Shown here: positions 9,703 through 19,850 of the stretch, piece after piece
Layout of the letters: every line of letters begins with the position of its first letter
Position numbering within the stretch: the first letter of the stretch is position 1
NCBI GenBank assembly: GCA_963726195.1
Contig: CAVSBO010000004.1
Location: 288,001 to 352,000, forward strand
Origin: Candidatus Thorarchaeota archaeon
Lineage (GTDB): Archaea > Asgardarchaeota > Thorarchaeia > Thorarchaeales > Thorarchaeaceae
Direction: 5' to 3'
DNA length: 64,000 bases
Made by a program: the position numbers and the translations under genes
The notes under the pieces: generated by a model
The model's input: only the letters and a program-made list of their open reading frames with translations
The model's database searches: none
What the model was told of the DNA's origin: nothing

Positions 9703-10958
9703 CTATCCGAAGTCAGTAAGCTGGGTCTGAGACATGAGTTCTGAATAGGTTTTGCTTACATCGAGCCAGCGCTGCACCGGGTTGGTCAGATGTAGACCGA
9801 TTTCGTTTACTGCTTCGCTCAGCGAAGAGAACTTCCTGGGAGGCGATGCAAGCGCACGACGGGCTATCTCTCTGAAGCGCCAGACACCGAGTGGCACCCA
9901 CTTGCTGGGGTCCACTTCCATGAATGCTATTACTCCTGCCTGTTTGTGAGCATCAGCAAGAAGCTCAAGGGCAGGAAGCCTAGTCGCATAGTAAGCTCCC
10001 ACTATCACTTGCGCATAGTCTTTTCTTCCCTTGAACCACTCATAGTCGGACATTACGGGTGGATTTGGTCCGCCAAGCCAACACTCAAGCGCCTCGAATT
10101 GCCAAGCAGTCGGCAGCAAGAGAAGAACCACCGTGTTTCCAAGCGCATGGTCTGCGTAAACTGAATAATCGTTTGTGACTGGGTACCTCAAAACCTCCTT
10201 GTGGAGCTCTTGCCCACTATGTCATCGACAGCTGTTATGCTCCATTGTGTAGGTACAAGTCTCCGAGTTCTCTTTAGACCAAGGAGTCCAATCGAAAGAA
10301 GCCTCGTCACATGCTCCTGTCTGATTCCTTCATGGAACAACTCGAGGACTCCGTCTCCTGCCTTCAGATCCGTGTCGGTGGTGATTCGGTCAATGGGTTT
10401 AGACACGTGAGGATTGTCCTCAAGCTGGAAATAGCTCAGTGGTGCTGACGGTCCAACGGGCAGGGTTCGCCCCGTGAGGACTGTGGTAAAAGACGGTCTC
10501 TTGATGAGTAGAGCCTCAGAAGAAGTGGGCGTGTCTGACAAAGCAAGAGTCTGGGTCTCTGCTAGGAGCCTTGGTGGGTTTATCGCGGCGTCTACTGGAA
10601 GGAATCTCTTAGTTCGAACGAGGCTGAACCTGTATGCTAGGATTTGGTCCAGTGTCTTGTCAAGCCACAGGTCTGGTCTCTCCATCAGTGCAGTCTCTTC
10701 TCCTCTCAAAGGAGGAATCAGAGGCCCCGCCAAGACCTTCGGGTATCCATAGCTACCGACGAACACCGCAGGTGGTGATGACCCCGCAAGGTTGAGACCG
10801 GTAACCGCTTGGTCGATGTTGAACAGAGCCCTCGCTCTCATTACGAGCGGACAAGGGCTGACTCCACAAAGGGCCCTGTGCCCCATGCATCTGGAGCAGA
10901 CTCGTTCGTCATATGACTGACCCGTGCTCCTCGTTGCTTCCAGATGTGTTTGAGGCAA
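9703..10958 (-). CDS. nreA: Nre (NreA-like) PCNA-interacting DNA repair protein, one frameshift near 10205
   Basis: N-terminal CSRCMG...LCG..PCP zinc site, GSSPP.VFVG..GYPKV..GP, RRLVPT.WSITAVDD, G.YYA.RL, VPLGVW..RE, C-terminal PIP box QTQLTDF. Confidence 0.9.
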
Positions 10959-11201
10959 TTCGCCGTGCGCCCCGTTTGGCAGTTGCTTTTGTGTTCTATA
11001 TCTTATTCACTGCTTGTAAGCATTTAGACTTGTCAATCGTTCGTTGTGGTGAAGGTCTGTATGGAATGCATGCCGTCCCGATGGCATTGCTAGTAGGCTG
11101 GAGAGTAAGAAGAGTCATATATGCAGGGAACGAATAGCCAAAAGATATGGCAAGCGATAATCCCATGGGAATGATATACGCGCACCGGCTAGCCGCGAAG
11201 G

Positions 11202-11447
11202 ATGACAAAGAAAGAGCTGAAGTGGAGTTGCGCCTGCCCTAGATGTCCAACCTACAAAGGAACAGGTGAGACTGCGGACAACTTTTGCGGCCAAGGAAAA
11301 AGCATGAGAATCACCCAAGAGAAGGGTTGTATCTGTCATCGCTGCGTAGTATCAGTTCAAGCTGGCAACAAGGACATGTACTGCTGCACCAGAGGGACAA
11401 GAACGCTCAACATGCTTGAGGGGCTAATGGAAGGTCTCAAGAGATAA
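11202..11447 (+). CDS. Small Cys-rich protein (DUF2769-like)
   Basis: CACPRCPTY...FC..GKS..I..EKGCIC..C.V.......YC..G pattern. Confidence 0.75.
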   Translation: MTKKELKWSCACPRCPTYKGTGETADNFCGQGKSMRITQEKGCICHRCVVSVQAGNKDMYCCTRGTRTLNMLEGLMEGLKR

Positions 11448-11509
11448 TTCGACAATAAAGCGTGCGATGCCGCCTTCGGTGCAGCGCCCGTTCTTGAACA
11501 GGTCAATTG

Positions 11510-11983
11510 TCAGAATGGTTTCAATAGCCACATTTTCCATGCTTCGTAGAGTAGAACTGAGATGCCAATCAATGTCATAGAGACGTACATGATATCCTGC
11601 GTTTTCATTGGCCAAGACATCAGGAGAGCAACATAGACAACAAGCATCGATGAAAAGAGCGTAATCAGGAAAATGAAGCGTGGAATGAGCCGGGTTCCTA
11701 TCTTAACGAAAAGGGTGAGTGAACCAACGCGGACTTGCTTTAGAACTGAGTACACACCGTTTTCGTCCTTGGCCACGAGTTCGACTTCTGCCAGCTTGTT
11801 CAAATGATGAAGGGCGAGGCTAGGGCTTGACAGGCCCAAGGCGCGTTGCACGTCTCTAACGCCCATGGGTCCATGAGTGAGCAATAGAGCATAGACCCCC
11901 ATGGTTTTTCCTTTTAGTAGATCGTCGATGCTCTTCTTGTATTCGTCCCCGCTCACACTCTTCATCACCCTGGTTACCAGCAA
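11510..11983 (-). CDS. Winged-helix transcriptional regulator with two C-terminal TM helices
   Basis: GPMGVRDVQRALGLSSPSLALHHLNKL...LV.KD.NG.Y followed by two hydrophobic segments. Confidence 0.85.
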   Translation of the reverse strand: MLVTRVMKSVSGDEYKKSIDDLLKGKTMGVYALLLTHGPMGVRDVQRALGLSSPSLALHHLNKLAEVELVAKDENGVYSVLKQVRVGSLTLFVKIGTRLIPRFIFLITLFSSMLVVYVALLMSWPMKTQDIMYVSMTLIGISVLLYEAWKMWLLKPF

Positions 11984-12036
11984 GAAGACTCGTGCCGTAA
12001 GATAAACTCAGCTCATCGTCTATGCTCAGTCGAGTC

Positions 12037-12771
12037 CTACGGGTACGAGGCCGCCTGCGTGATTATATCATAGAGCTGCACGACTGGGCTGCTAAGATGG
12101 CCCCCTTCAATGAGCCAGTAACCAGTTGTCGCATAGTTGGTTGTCTCAGGCCAGCCGTTGGGCGCGTAGTTGCCAGTCCATGTCCCGTTCTGAATGTATG
12201 CCAACCCGTCGCTCTTGGTGTAGCCGATGTAGAACAGAGTGTTGTCATTGAAGTATATCTCAATGAAGAAATCAATCGGCCAAGTGTTTGGCCAGTATTG
12301 GGGATGAGACGAAGCATCATCCATCTGTCCGATACTGTCATTGACTAGCAGACCGCTGAATGAGTCCCAGGTTGTCTGGTCCACCGATCCTATGCCTGTG
12401 ACGTTCTTGTCGAACGGAGAGAAGAGCACACGCACTTGATTCAAAGGCTGTTCGTGTTTCATGTAGACACCGTCAACAAAAGCGGAAGCATTGCTCTGCC
12501 GGTAGAAAAGGGTAAGATTGACATTCACAAAGGTCGAGTTGCACATCCAGTAGAACAGGACATCGTCTCTCTTGCTCTGAAGATACTCCATTGCCATGGC
12601 ACCAAACCCGTTTCCATGATGAGTCGTTGTGGTCGTAGTTGTGGTTGTTGTAGTCGTTGTGTGGGTACCAGGCAACAGGATCGATGTGGCAATCAATCCG
12701 CCGGTGACTATGAGCGCAACTACTACAGCTGCCAATACTGCGGACCGCATGGTCGTTCCGTATTCTTTCAT
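12037..12771 (-). CDS. Membrane-anchored extracellular protein with poly-Thr linker
   Basis: N-terminal TM helix, 13-Thr run, several NxS/T sequons (NST, NLT, NAS, NVT, NDS, NGT). Confidence 0.8.
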   Translation of the reverse strand: MKEYGTTMRSAVLAAVVVALIVTGGLIATSILLPGTHTTTTTTTTTTTTTHHGNGFGAMAMEYLQSKRDDVLFYWMCNSTFVNVNLTLFYRQSNASAFVDGVYMKHEQPLNQVRVLFSPFDKNVTGIGSVDQTTWDSFSGLLVNDSIGQMDDASSHPQYWPNTWPIDFFIEIYFNDNTLFYIGYTKSDGLAYIQNGTWTGNYAPNGWPETTNYATTGYWLIEGGHLSSPVVQLYDIITQAASYP

Positions 12772-12916
12772 TTCAATTCCCCCGAAGGTCGATACTCACT
12801 CCTCGCGAAAGGATATTATACTACGGTTTAAACAGCGCGTTCAAAAGGTTGAACAGCAGAAACTCTACCACGAAGCCGGCAGATATAGAAGCCGAATTGA
12901 TACGGGGAACCAAGAC

Positions 12917-13216
12917 ATGTCAACGCGAAGAGAATCAATCGAGAAGCTTCTGGAGGATACAGAAGTCCCGCTTACAGCCAGAGACATATGCGAACGATTG
13001 GGAATCACCGGTACGTCCGAGATATTCGATGACATTGAGCACATCAGTCAAACAATCAGAATCAGGGGAAAAGAGATACTGATTCGCCCTGCGAGATGCG
13101 CCAAATGCGGTTATGTGTTCTGGAATCGCCATGTGGCTAAGATGCCGGCTAAGTGCCCCAAGTGCCATTCTGAACAAATAATGGAGCCCGGCTATATCAT
13201 TAAACCGGGCAGATAG
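12917..13216 (+). CDS. HTH plus zinc-ribbon transcriptional regulator (COG3357-like)
   Basis: TRRE.I..LL....PLTA..I, D..HI..T, PARC.KCGY.F, P.KCPKCHSE.I..P. Confidence 0.88.
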   Translation: MSTRRESIEKLLEDTEVPLTARDICERLGITGTSEIFDDIEHISQTIRIRGKEILIRPARCAKCGYVFWNRHVAKMPAKCPKCHSEQIMEPGYIIKPGR

Positions 13217-13297
13217 TCGGCGTTTCAAGGCCCAACGCTGCAATCAGTGCAAGATTCGCATATTTGGAACTTGCAGCAGGTGAGACGTCGGTTCGAA

Positions 13298-13609
13298 TCA
13301 GTGTGAGTCGAAACGATGAACGCCCAGGATACCACTTCCTTCATGCTTGATTTCGAGCACTCTCGTTACTGCATAATCACTGAGACCGAACTCGGATTTC
13401 TCCACATACCCGTGGATGACCACCTTCATACCGACGTGGGGTAGGAATCTGCACTTGTCCATCACCGCAGAAGAGACATGAACGTCGTACGTTTTCCCTG
13501 TGTCCTCGTCTTGGACAACAATGTTCGTCGACCCGTACCATCTCTGAGCACTCACTCTGACTGTCGTGCTTCGGCCAACTTCGCGGATTACTCCTTTGAC
13601 TACAGTCAA
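13298..13609 (-). CDS. Small OB-fold protein
   Basis: V.G.I.EV...V.DED.G.....V......PHVGMKV.I.GYV pattern; TTG start inferred. Confidence 0.6.
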   Translation of the reverse strand: MTVVKGVIREVGRSTTVRVSAQRWYGSTNIVVQDEDTGKTYDVHVSSAVMDKCRFLPHVGMKVVIHGYVEKSEFGLSDYAVTRVLEIKHEGSGILGVHRFDSH

Positions 13610-13780
13610 GCCAACATTCCTTCTCAGTGTGACAGAGATGATTAGTCGGGCAATCAGGCACGACTGGATAGCAGCACTGCACCGTGCTGAGCATGATGTC
13701 GCACAATGATTTAGCTTTCTATTATGCGCTAGGATCAAATGCTATTTGGCAATCATGGTTGTGGCTTAGTATCACTGGGC

Positions 13781-15049
13781 CTAGGTCTGCCACGGAGGCA
13801 CGAGCCTGCCGTATCTTCCTCCACCGCCAGCAACGTAGGTCACGGTTCCCTCCCGGAGCGCTTCGACCATGGCTCCCACTCTCTTGTCGATTTCCGATAC
13901 TTTTTCAACTGGAGCATCTGTGAGTATAGTGGTCTCCCGACCTAGGCTGGTTCGCATTCTCTCATACAATTGCCTTACGCTCTTCGTCGATTTCGCCATG
14001 CCATTCAATGACGCGGAGATGACATCGAGCAGTGGCGGGATGTGCAAGTAGGGCGGACGATGCAGTGGAGACTTACTCTTGCCGGCACCAATCATCATGG
14101 CGCGGTCTCGAACGCCCAGGCGCAGGTTCTTTCCGTCGGCGGGGCACTTGGCGCGCCGCCTATGGATATCACGCAGAAGCGCAGTCTTCTCGCCTGAATC
14201 TCTGCATTTGATGTAGATGCTGAGCTTGTCGTACCGCGGTGGCCCATCCCCATCCAACATCTCCACTGTTCTTCGGCAAGAACTGCAAAAAGAGAGGTAG
14301 TATTTTCCCATCCGGGGATCCAGGCCCAAGTTCAGGACCGGTCTTCTGCCTTCTCGTCTCAATATGGCATTTCTAAGCTCGTCGAATGTCGCTGATTCCA
14401 TGGAGAACCTTACAAGCTCCCTTCCCAGCTTGTCGGGTGAGGGTGAGTGAGCATCGCTTGAAGTAACGAAGGTAATCCTGTCGAGTTCTGGTATGCAGTC
14501 TGCAATCTCAGTATCTGCGGAGAGACCCAGTTCCAGAAAATGGATGTTCGGAGCTTCCTTCCCATAACAGGCCAGCAAAGACTGATACCGGCCTTCTCGG
14601 AATATGGACTTGAATGGCGTGAATGCATGAGCCGGGCCTATGAGTCCTCCCGTCTCTCTCACGACTGCTGCAAGGTCTTCAGCACCGAGATTTACTCTTG
14701 GACGGCCGCCCCACTCGGAATCGATATTGACAGAAGACGGTCTGAGGCTGCGGCGCAATTCATCTACTGACTGAAAATCGGGCAGTATCACGATGTGATG
14801 GATAGATTCCTTGTCTTCGATTTCTACTGTTAGTATGAAGGAGACGTTATCCTGTTTCAGTTCCTCTCCGGATGCCACGAGATTGCGCCTGAGATGCTCC
14901 AACCAGTCCGGTTGAGTCGCATCACCGGTGCCCAGAATGTCAAGACCTTTTTCAACGGCACCTTTGACCAGATTCGGAATCGTCATCGTCCGACTGACAC
15001 CAATCGAGTGGTGCGAGTGAATGTGCAGGTCCGTATCAAACTCAAGCAT
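13781..15049 (-). CDS. PHP-domain endonuclease Q-like protein (TIGR00375 family)
   Basis: DLHIHS, GTGD, PAHAFTP, ELGLSAD, SDAHSP, GKYY..FC..C, GV.DR, GGGGRYG. Confidence 0.9.
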   Translation of the reverse strand: MLEFDTDLHIHSHHSIGVSRTMTIPNLVKGAVEKGLDILGTGDATQPDWLEHLRRNLVASGEELKQDNVSFILTVEIEDKESIHHIVILPDFQSVDELRRSLRPSSVNIDSEWGGRPRVNLGAEDLAAVVRETGGLIGPAHAFTPFKSIFREGRYQSLLACYGKEAPNIHFLELGLSADTEIADCIPELDRITFVTSSDAHSPSPDKLGRELVRFSMESATFDELRNAILRREGRRPVLNLGLDPRMGKYYLSFCSSCRRTVEMLDGDGPPRYDKLSIYIKCRDSGEKTALLRDIHRRRAKCPADGKNLRLGVRDRAMMIGAGKSKSPLHRPPYLHIPPLLDVISASLNGMAKSTKSVRQLYERMRTSLGRETTILTDAPVEKVSEIDKRVGAMVEALREGTVTYVAGGGGRYGRLVPPWQT

Positions 15050-15063
15050 CTGTTGCGTTCACT

Positions 15064-16053
15064 TCACACTCGGACAACTACCTTCGCTACACTGGACTTG
15101 TCCGCATACTCGAAAGCCTCGACGCCCTGCTCGAGAGTGAACTCCTTTGACACGAGGCTTTTCACTTCGATGCGCCCGTTTGCCAGCATATCTATGGCTG
15201 TGTTGTACGAACCAGCCACACTGCCTTGGAGTGATATCTGGCGCTCGACAATCAGACTGGAATCAATCTCGATATTCTTGTCATAATGGCTCTTCATAGC
15301 GACGATTCCGCCTGGTCTAACGATCTCAAGAGCCATTCTCAGTCCTTCAGGATTGCCGGTCGCCTCGACCACAATTCTTGGGCCCAAGCCCGATGTCGAA
15401 TCGAGGATATGCTTCTTCCATTGACCATTTGTGGTATTCACAGTGTGAGTCAGACCTAGCTGTCTGGCCAGACCAAGCTGCCACTGATTTCGTCCCAGCA
15501 CGTGAACTTCTGCACCAAAGCTATCGTAGACCTGTGCTACTAGAAGACCCAGCTTTCCGCTACCAACCACAGCAACGATTTCTCCCGCTCTCGAGGGGCT
15601 TTGGACGTATGTTTGCACAGCAGCTGCCAGGGGTTCAACGAATGTGCCCGCTATCGCATCCAAAGGCGGTGGTATGATATGAATGATGTCTGCCGGGACA
15701 CTAATGTACTCTGCCAATCCCCCGTCCGTTGTGACTCCTATGCTTCGTTTGTCTGTACAGAATGGCTTCATGTCATTTCTGCAGAATATGCATCGGCCGC
15801 AATAGGAATGCGCCTCTGTGGTAACGAGTGAACCGGGTGTGAATTCATCTACTGAGCTCTCTTCTATTACGCCTGCAATCTCGTGACCTAGAATCAAAGG
15901 AAGCTTGACGCCGAGTTCACCTCTCCATATTGAGAGGTCCGTCTCGCAGATGCCGACAGCACGGACATCTATCCTGACATCACCTGGCATGACCGATGGC
16001 TTGGGCGTGTCACCCAAACGAAGCCCGTCCTGTGTGAGCACAAGCGATCTCAT
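15064..16053 (-). CDS. Zinc-dependent (MDR) alcohol/threonine dehydrogenase-like protein
   Basis: GICETD, GHE..G, CGRC.FC...C, DGGLAEY, EPLAAA, VGSGKLG. Confidence 0.92.
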   Translation of the reverse strand: MRSLVLTQDGLRLGDTPKPSVMPGDVRIDVRAVGICETDLSIWRGELGVKLPLILGHEIAGVIEESSVDEFTPGSLVTTEAHSYCGRCIFCRNDMKPFCTDKRSIGVTTDGGLAEYISVPADIIHIIPPPLDAIAGTFVEPLAAAVQTYVQSPSRAGEIVAVVGSGKLGLLVAQVYDSFGAEVHVLGRNQWQLGLARQLGLTHTVNTTNGQWKKHILDSTSGLGPRIVVEATGNPEGLRMALEIVRPGGIVAMKSHYDKNIEIDSSLIVERQISLQGSVAGSYNTAIDMLANGRIEVKSLVSKEFTLEQGVEAFEYADKSSVAKVVVRV

Positions 16054-16275
16054 ACTTCTCCGGTGACCCACTCTGGGTCCTCAAGTCAATCATAAACCCA
16101 TCGATGAATTGCATATTCGAATACTACCCGAGGTATGTGGCCGAAGGCCACGTGGTGTATTTGAGAAGCATATTGGCTGTTCCTGCTGTTATTGAATGGT
16201 GCAGGTCTATTTGGGCACAAGTTCAAAAACTGCAGAACGCAATTTGCGATGAGATTCTCTAAGGAACACAACCTT

Positions 16276-17181
16276 ATGGCCGACTCCTCAACTCTCTTCA
16301 CAAGACGACTCGCTCAATCTGAGAGCGGTTTGTGGTTGCAGCTTGAAGAGGCTCCTTCTGCCTTAGTCCCGATTTCCGCAGTCAAGGAGGAAATGAACAG
16401 ATTCGCAAGTCTTCCGGGCGCTCTGCTCTACCTGTCTTCCTTGGAGGGCAACTCAGTCGGGGGAACGGCTGCATACCGCGACAGTATCGCCCGTACCTTG
16501 AGTCTGGTTGCTGTGAGAATGAAACCCAGTCGCAGGGAAGGACTACTCTTTCCTATGATGAAATCCTCATTGCCGCTCTTTCGAAGCGCGGCAATCATCA
16601 AAGCAGAGACTCTTGTAAGATTGTCCACAGGTCGTACTAGCATTCCTTTTCCTCTTGGATACGAGCTCCCAGAATGGGTTAGCCCAAGCTTGGAGGCAGC
16701 CGGGTTTCAGAGAGGGGAGGTGCTATCTCATTGTTCCGTTGAGAAGGTGTCACGCAAGCAGTCCACGGTTCACCAGCTGGACTGGGACCGCGACACCAAC
16801 ACAGCCGGGGCGTATGCGCTCCTTGAAAAGGTCGGTAAGGAATCCGGTCTCGATTGCTCTCAAGTCCGCCTGGCCGTAAGCATGGCCTCTGGTGCTGGGT
16901 CTCTCAAGACGATTTCCAGAGAAGGGCACACCTTAGGCATGGTGGGTTTCAAGGCATTCAGCAGATACGGAGTCGTAACGGTCTGCGTGTACGATCCCGA
17001 TTCTATTGATATGGCTCAATTCGGAGGTGCCATCCTGCATCTATGTGCCGAAGCGAAGGTCAAGGTACTCCATTTCCTGCTCGTTGGTCAGGGACAAAGA
17101 GATCTCGTGGATTCACTGAGTGATTTGTCGGGATCGTCGCTCAAGAGAGAAGATCTCCAGCTCATGCGGAAGGTTTTGTGA
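16276..17181 (+). CDS. Hypothetical protein, possibly degenerate tandem GNAT-like fold
   Basis: Long clean ORF with LEAAGF motif and two alpha/beta halves; fold call is weak. Confidence 0.55.
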   Translation: MADSSTLFTRRLAQSESGLWLQLEEAPSALVPISAVKEEMNRFASLPGALLYLSSLEGNSVGGTAAYRDSIARTLSLVAVRMKPSRREGLLFPMMKSSLPLFRSAAIIKAETLVRLSTGRTSIPFPLGYELPEWVSPSLEAAGFQRGEVLSHCSVEKVSRKQSTVHQLDWDRDTNTAGAYALLEKVGKESGLDCSQVRLAVSMASGAGSLKTISREGHTLGMVGFKAFSRYGVVTVCVYDPDSIDMAQFGGAILHLCAEAKVKVLHFLLVGQGQRDLVDSLSDLSGSSLKREDLQLMRKVL

Positions 17182-17251
17182 GCTACGGAGTTTGAGCTGT
17201 CGTGTGGAAAGCCTTTTGTGAGTTGTACGTCCTGTGGGTCGAGGTCATGCC

Positions 17252-18256
17252 ATGTCTGCTTTGAGGCTAGAGAAGAGAGGTTCGGGACTGCTCCTTGAGT
17301 ACCGCAAAGTGAGACTTGCGTTTGATACCGGGCTCCCAGAACTACCTACTCTTCTGTCCCATGCCCATGCTGACCACACGATGAACCTGCATGCGGCCAG
17401 CAAGCTGATTGCTACTTCTGAGACCTTGGATACGCTTCTAGCAAGGAATGAGTCAACTCTGGTAGAGGAGCAAGAAATAGGATGGGCAAAAGACCTTGCC
17501 CTTGACGGAGTCCGAGTTACAGCACTGAACGCAGGGCATGTTATTGGGTCCGCCATGTTTCTTCTCGAATTTGATGACGGGTTGAGGGTGTTGTACACTG
17601 GTGATTTCAACGTGGTCGATAGTGTTGTCCATCACGCTGCCCAGCCGATACTGGCAGACGTTCTCATTACCGAGGCGACCTACGGATCGCCAGAATGGGT
17701 CTTCCCGGAAAGAGGCAAAGTGCATGCGATGATTCTTGAAGCTGCACAAAGAGAGCTTGACCAAGGCATGATTCCCTTGTTCAAGGCGTACTCCTTAGGC
17801 AAGGCCCAGGAAGCCATTGCTGTTCTCGAAGAAGGGGGTTTCGAGATTCTATCTGGCAATAGAGTCATCGATGACGTGAGCAGCGTGTATTCAAAGCACG
17901 GAACCCGGTTGAATTATACGCCGCTCGAACGTGCTCGAAAGGCTGGCGTACTGGAACGAGATTATGCGATTGTAAGTTCCTCCGTAAGCAACACGTTTGC
18001 CAGTCTTACGAGAATCCTTGGAGAAGAGAAGGCCAATGAAATAAAGGGCATGACTTCGACCTTCAATCTATCTGGCTGGACACTCAGAGAGTTCAATAGC
18101 TCGGGTTTTCCTCTGAGCGCTCACTCAGACTTTCCCGGACTGATGGAGTTCACCGAAGCGGTCAGTCCGCGCATTGTCTATTGTTTCGCTGGAAATGCGA
18201 GAAGGTTCTCTAACGAATTGGCAAGAGATGGCGTCAACGCTGTGCCACTTGAGTAG
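17252..18256 (+). CDS. Metallo-beta-lactamase / beta-CASP family nuclease
   Basis: SHAHADH, AGHVIGS, YTGDF, EATYG.P, YSLGKAQE, LSAHSDF. Confidence 0.92.
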   Translation: MSALRLEKRGSGLLLEYRKVRLAFDTGLPELPTLLSHAHADHTMNLHAASKLIATSETLDTLLARNESTLVEEQEIGWAKDLALDGVRVTALNAGHVIGSAMFLLEFDDGLRVLYTGDFNVVDSVVHHAAQPILADVLITEATYGSPEWVFPERGKVHAMILEAAQRELDQGMIPLFKAYSLGKAQEAIAVLEEGGFEILSGNRVIDDVSSVYSKHGTRLNYTPLERARKAGVLERDYAIVSSSVSNTFASLTRILGEEKANEIKGMTSTFNLSGWTLREFNSSGFPLSAHSDFPGLMEFTEAVSPRIVYCFAGNARRFSNELARDGVNAVPLE

Positions 18257-18833
18257 GTGAGACTGTTGGCTAACGCTTCTGACATGGTGCAACCCGTACA
18301 TGCAGAATCGTTCTTCTCAGTCGCGAGATCCGGAGAGATTCACGAACGCCTCAGCTATGAGTATACCGACCCCGAGCACTACTACCGAAGGGTGTTACAA
18401 GACGAGGAGGACTTCAGGAGAGAGATAGAGACTCTGTCGGACAACCTTCAATACTATCTTGACAAGGAGCGAGTGGAAATCAATGGCCATGCAGTGAGGT
18501 CTCAGGTACACTACACAGACATCTTCCTGAAGGGTGAAAGCGACGTTGTCGCGGTCGTGTACCTCATCGACTTTTCGGGTCGGTTCACACCCAACGCCAA
18601 CAGAATCGAGAACTTGGCTTGAGGAAGAAACAGCCCCTTACGATTTTGAGATAATGTGGAGGTTCCCAATGGGTACACACGACATAAGCATTGAGAGCCT
18701 CCTAGAATACGAGATTTACAAAAGCATTGTCGTGCTGTGGGCTCAGGAAGGCGACAAGGTGGGCGGATACGAAAGAATGGAGTTCAATCTGGCATCCGCC
18801 AACCATAACCCCGAAGGAGTGGGCGAGGAGTGA
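18257..18833 (+). CDS. Hypothetical protein (frameshift near 18610 joins ORFs 18257-18622 and 18534-18833)
   Basis: Removing one A in GAG-A-ACT restores NRIETWLEEETAPYDFE. Confidence 0.65.
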
Positions 18834-18839
18834 GGTCAG

Positions 18840-19136
18840 ATGACCCACAATCTCAATATCCTTGACACTCCGATTCGGACAGCGTTGCAGGTTGTCTCAC
18901 AATTCCCATTGTTGCCTCTGATAATCATCTTCTTGGGGATAACACTCGTTGTGGCAGGTTTGGTCATGATGGCAACCGAGCGGACCCGCGGTCCAGAAGT
19001 GAGACGCGAAAGCAAGGGCATCGTATTGATTGGTCCTCTGCCAATTGTATGGGGCTATGGTGGAAGAGTTCAGAGAATAGCAATAATCATAGCGTTCCTT
19101 GTTTTCGCGGTTTGTCTGATGCTGGTACTGATGTAG
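18840..19136 (+). CDS. DUF131 (TIGR00304-like) small membrane protein
   Basis: TM - KGIVLIGPLPIVWG - TM signature. Confidence 0.85.
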   Translation: MTHNLNILDTPIRTALQVVSQFPLLPLIIIFLGITLVVAGLVMMATERTRGPEVRRESKGIVLIGPLPIVWGYGGRVQRIAIIIAFLVFAVCLMLVLM

Positions 19137-19422
19137 GAGACCACCCGCATTCGGGGCATTGGCGTCCTTGGTTAATCATCCGAACTATCTTCCCGTTCAA
19201 CAAATCCTCCGGACAAATACCAAGAGGGTTCCTGCAAGTGGGACATTCAACCTTGCGGCCAAGATCTCTGATACAGGTGATTGTACCACAAGAGGAGCAT
19301 CTCACGGCGTGGTCTTGACAGAACTCGTTTCGACAATGGTCGCACCGCATCTTAGACTTGCCGCCGCAAATTGCACAAGGCTTCGTCACAATGTTACGCC
19401 CCAGTTCGTGTTTCATGTGCAA
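19087..19422 (-). CDS. Cys-rich multi-zinc-finger protein
   Basis: CAIC, CDHC, C..H, CSSC, CPTC, CPEC pairs. Confidence 0.7.
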   Translation of the reverse strand: MHMKHELGRNIVTKPCAICGGKSKMRCDHCRNEFCQDHAVRCSSCGTITCIRDLGRKVECPTCRNPLGICPEDLLNGKIVRMINQGRQCPECGWSPTSVPASDKPRKQGTL

Positions 19423-19578
19423 CAGATAAGTCTGTTCCTCGACGGACTGACCAAAAAAAGCTCACGTTGAGGAATTAGTCTATCTTGGGAAGATGTCTCT
19501 CGGCAAGCCTCCAGTAATATCCGTGCATTACCAATGCTCTTAGATAATTGATGTCTAGTCCAACTGGGGACAACTCAC

Positions 19579-19845
19579 ATGATGTTCAAGTGTATTCAAT
19601 GCGGCAGGGTTTCAGCTGATATCGACAAGGTCTTGGATGGTGCATGCGAATGCGGCTGTAGACGTTTTCAGCTGAAATCTGAAGATGCATTGTTACCCGT
19701 GGCACAGCTGTCTGAGGCGGAGTCCATACGCAAAGACCTCCATGTCTGGCTTGACCTCAATCTAGACTCCATCACTCCTGAGGACCTAAGTAGACTCCGT
19801 GTGGTTCTCGAAGTTGACAAACCAATAGAGGTTCCCAGAGGATAA
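19579..19845 (+). CDS. Zinc-ribbon protein (DUF2072/OapC-like N-terminus)
   Basis: KCIQCGRV.....VL.G.C.CG.RRFQ. Confidence 0.6.
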   Translation: MMFKCIQCGRVSADIDKVLDGACECGCRRFQLKSEDALLPVAQLSEAESIRKDLHVWLDLNLDSITPEDLSRLRVVLEVDKPIEVPRG

Positions 19846-19850
19846 GCTGC

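Noticed and set aside
12623-12665. GTT/GTC/GTG trinucleotide-like repeat and the poly-Val ORF from 12629
   Set aside because: It is the antisense of the poly-Thr linker; the real plus-strand gene starts at 12917
13280-13305. GGTTCGAATC, a tRNA T-loop-like sequence
   Set aside because: The flanks do not pair to form a T-stem, and no acceptor or anticodon arm can be built
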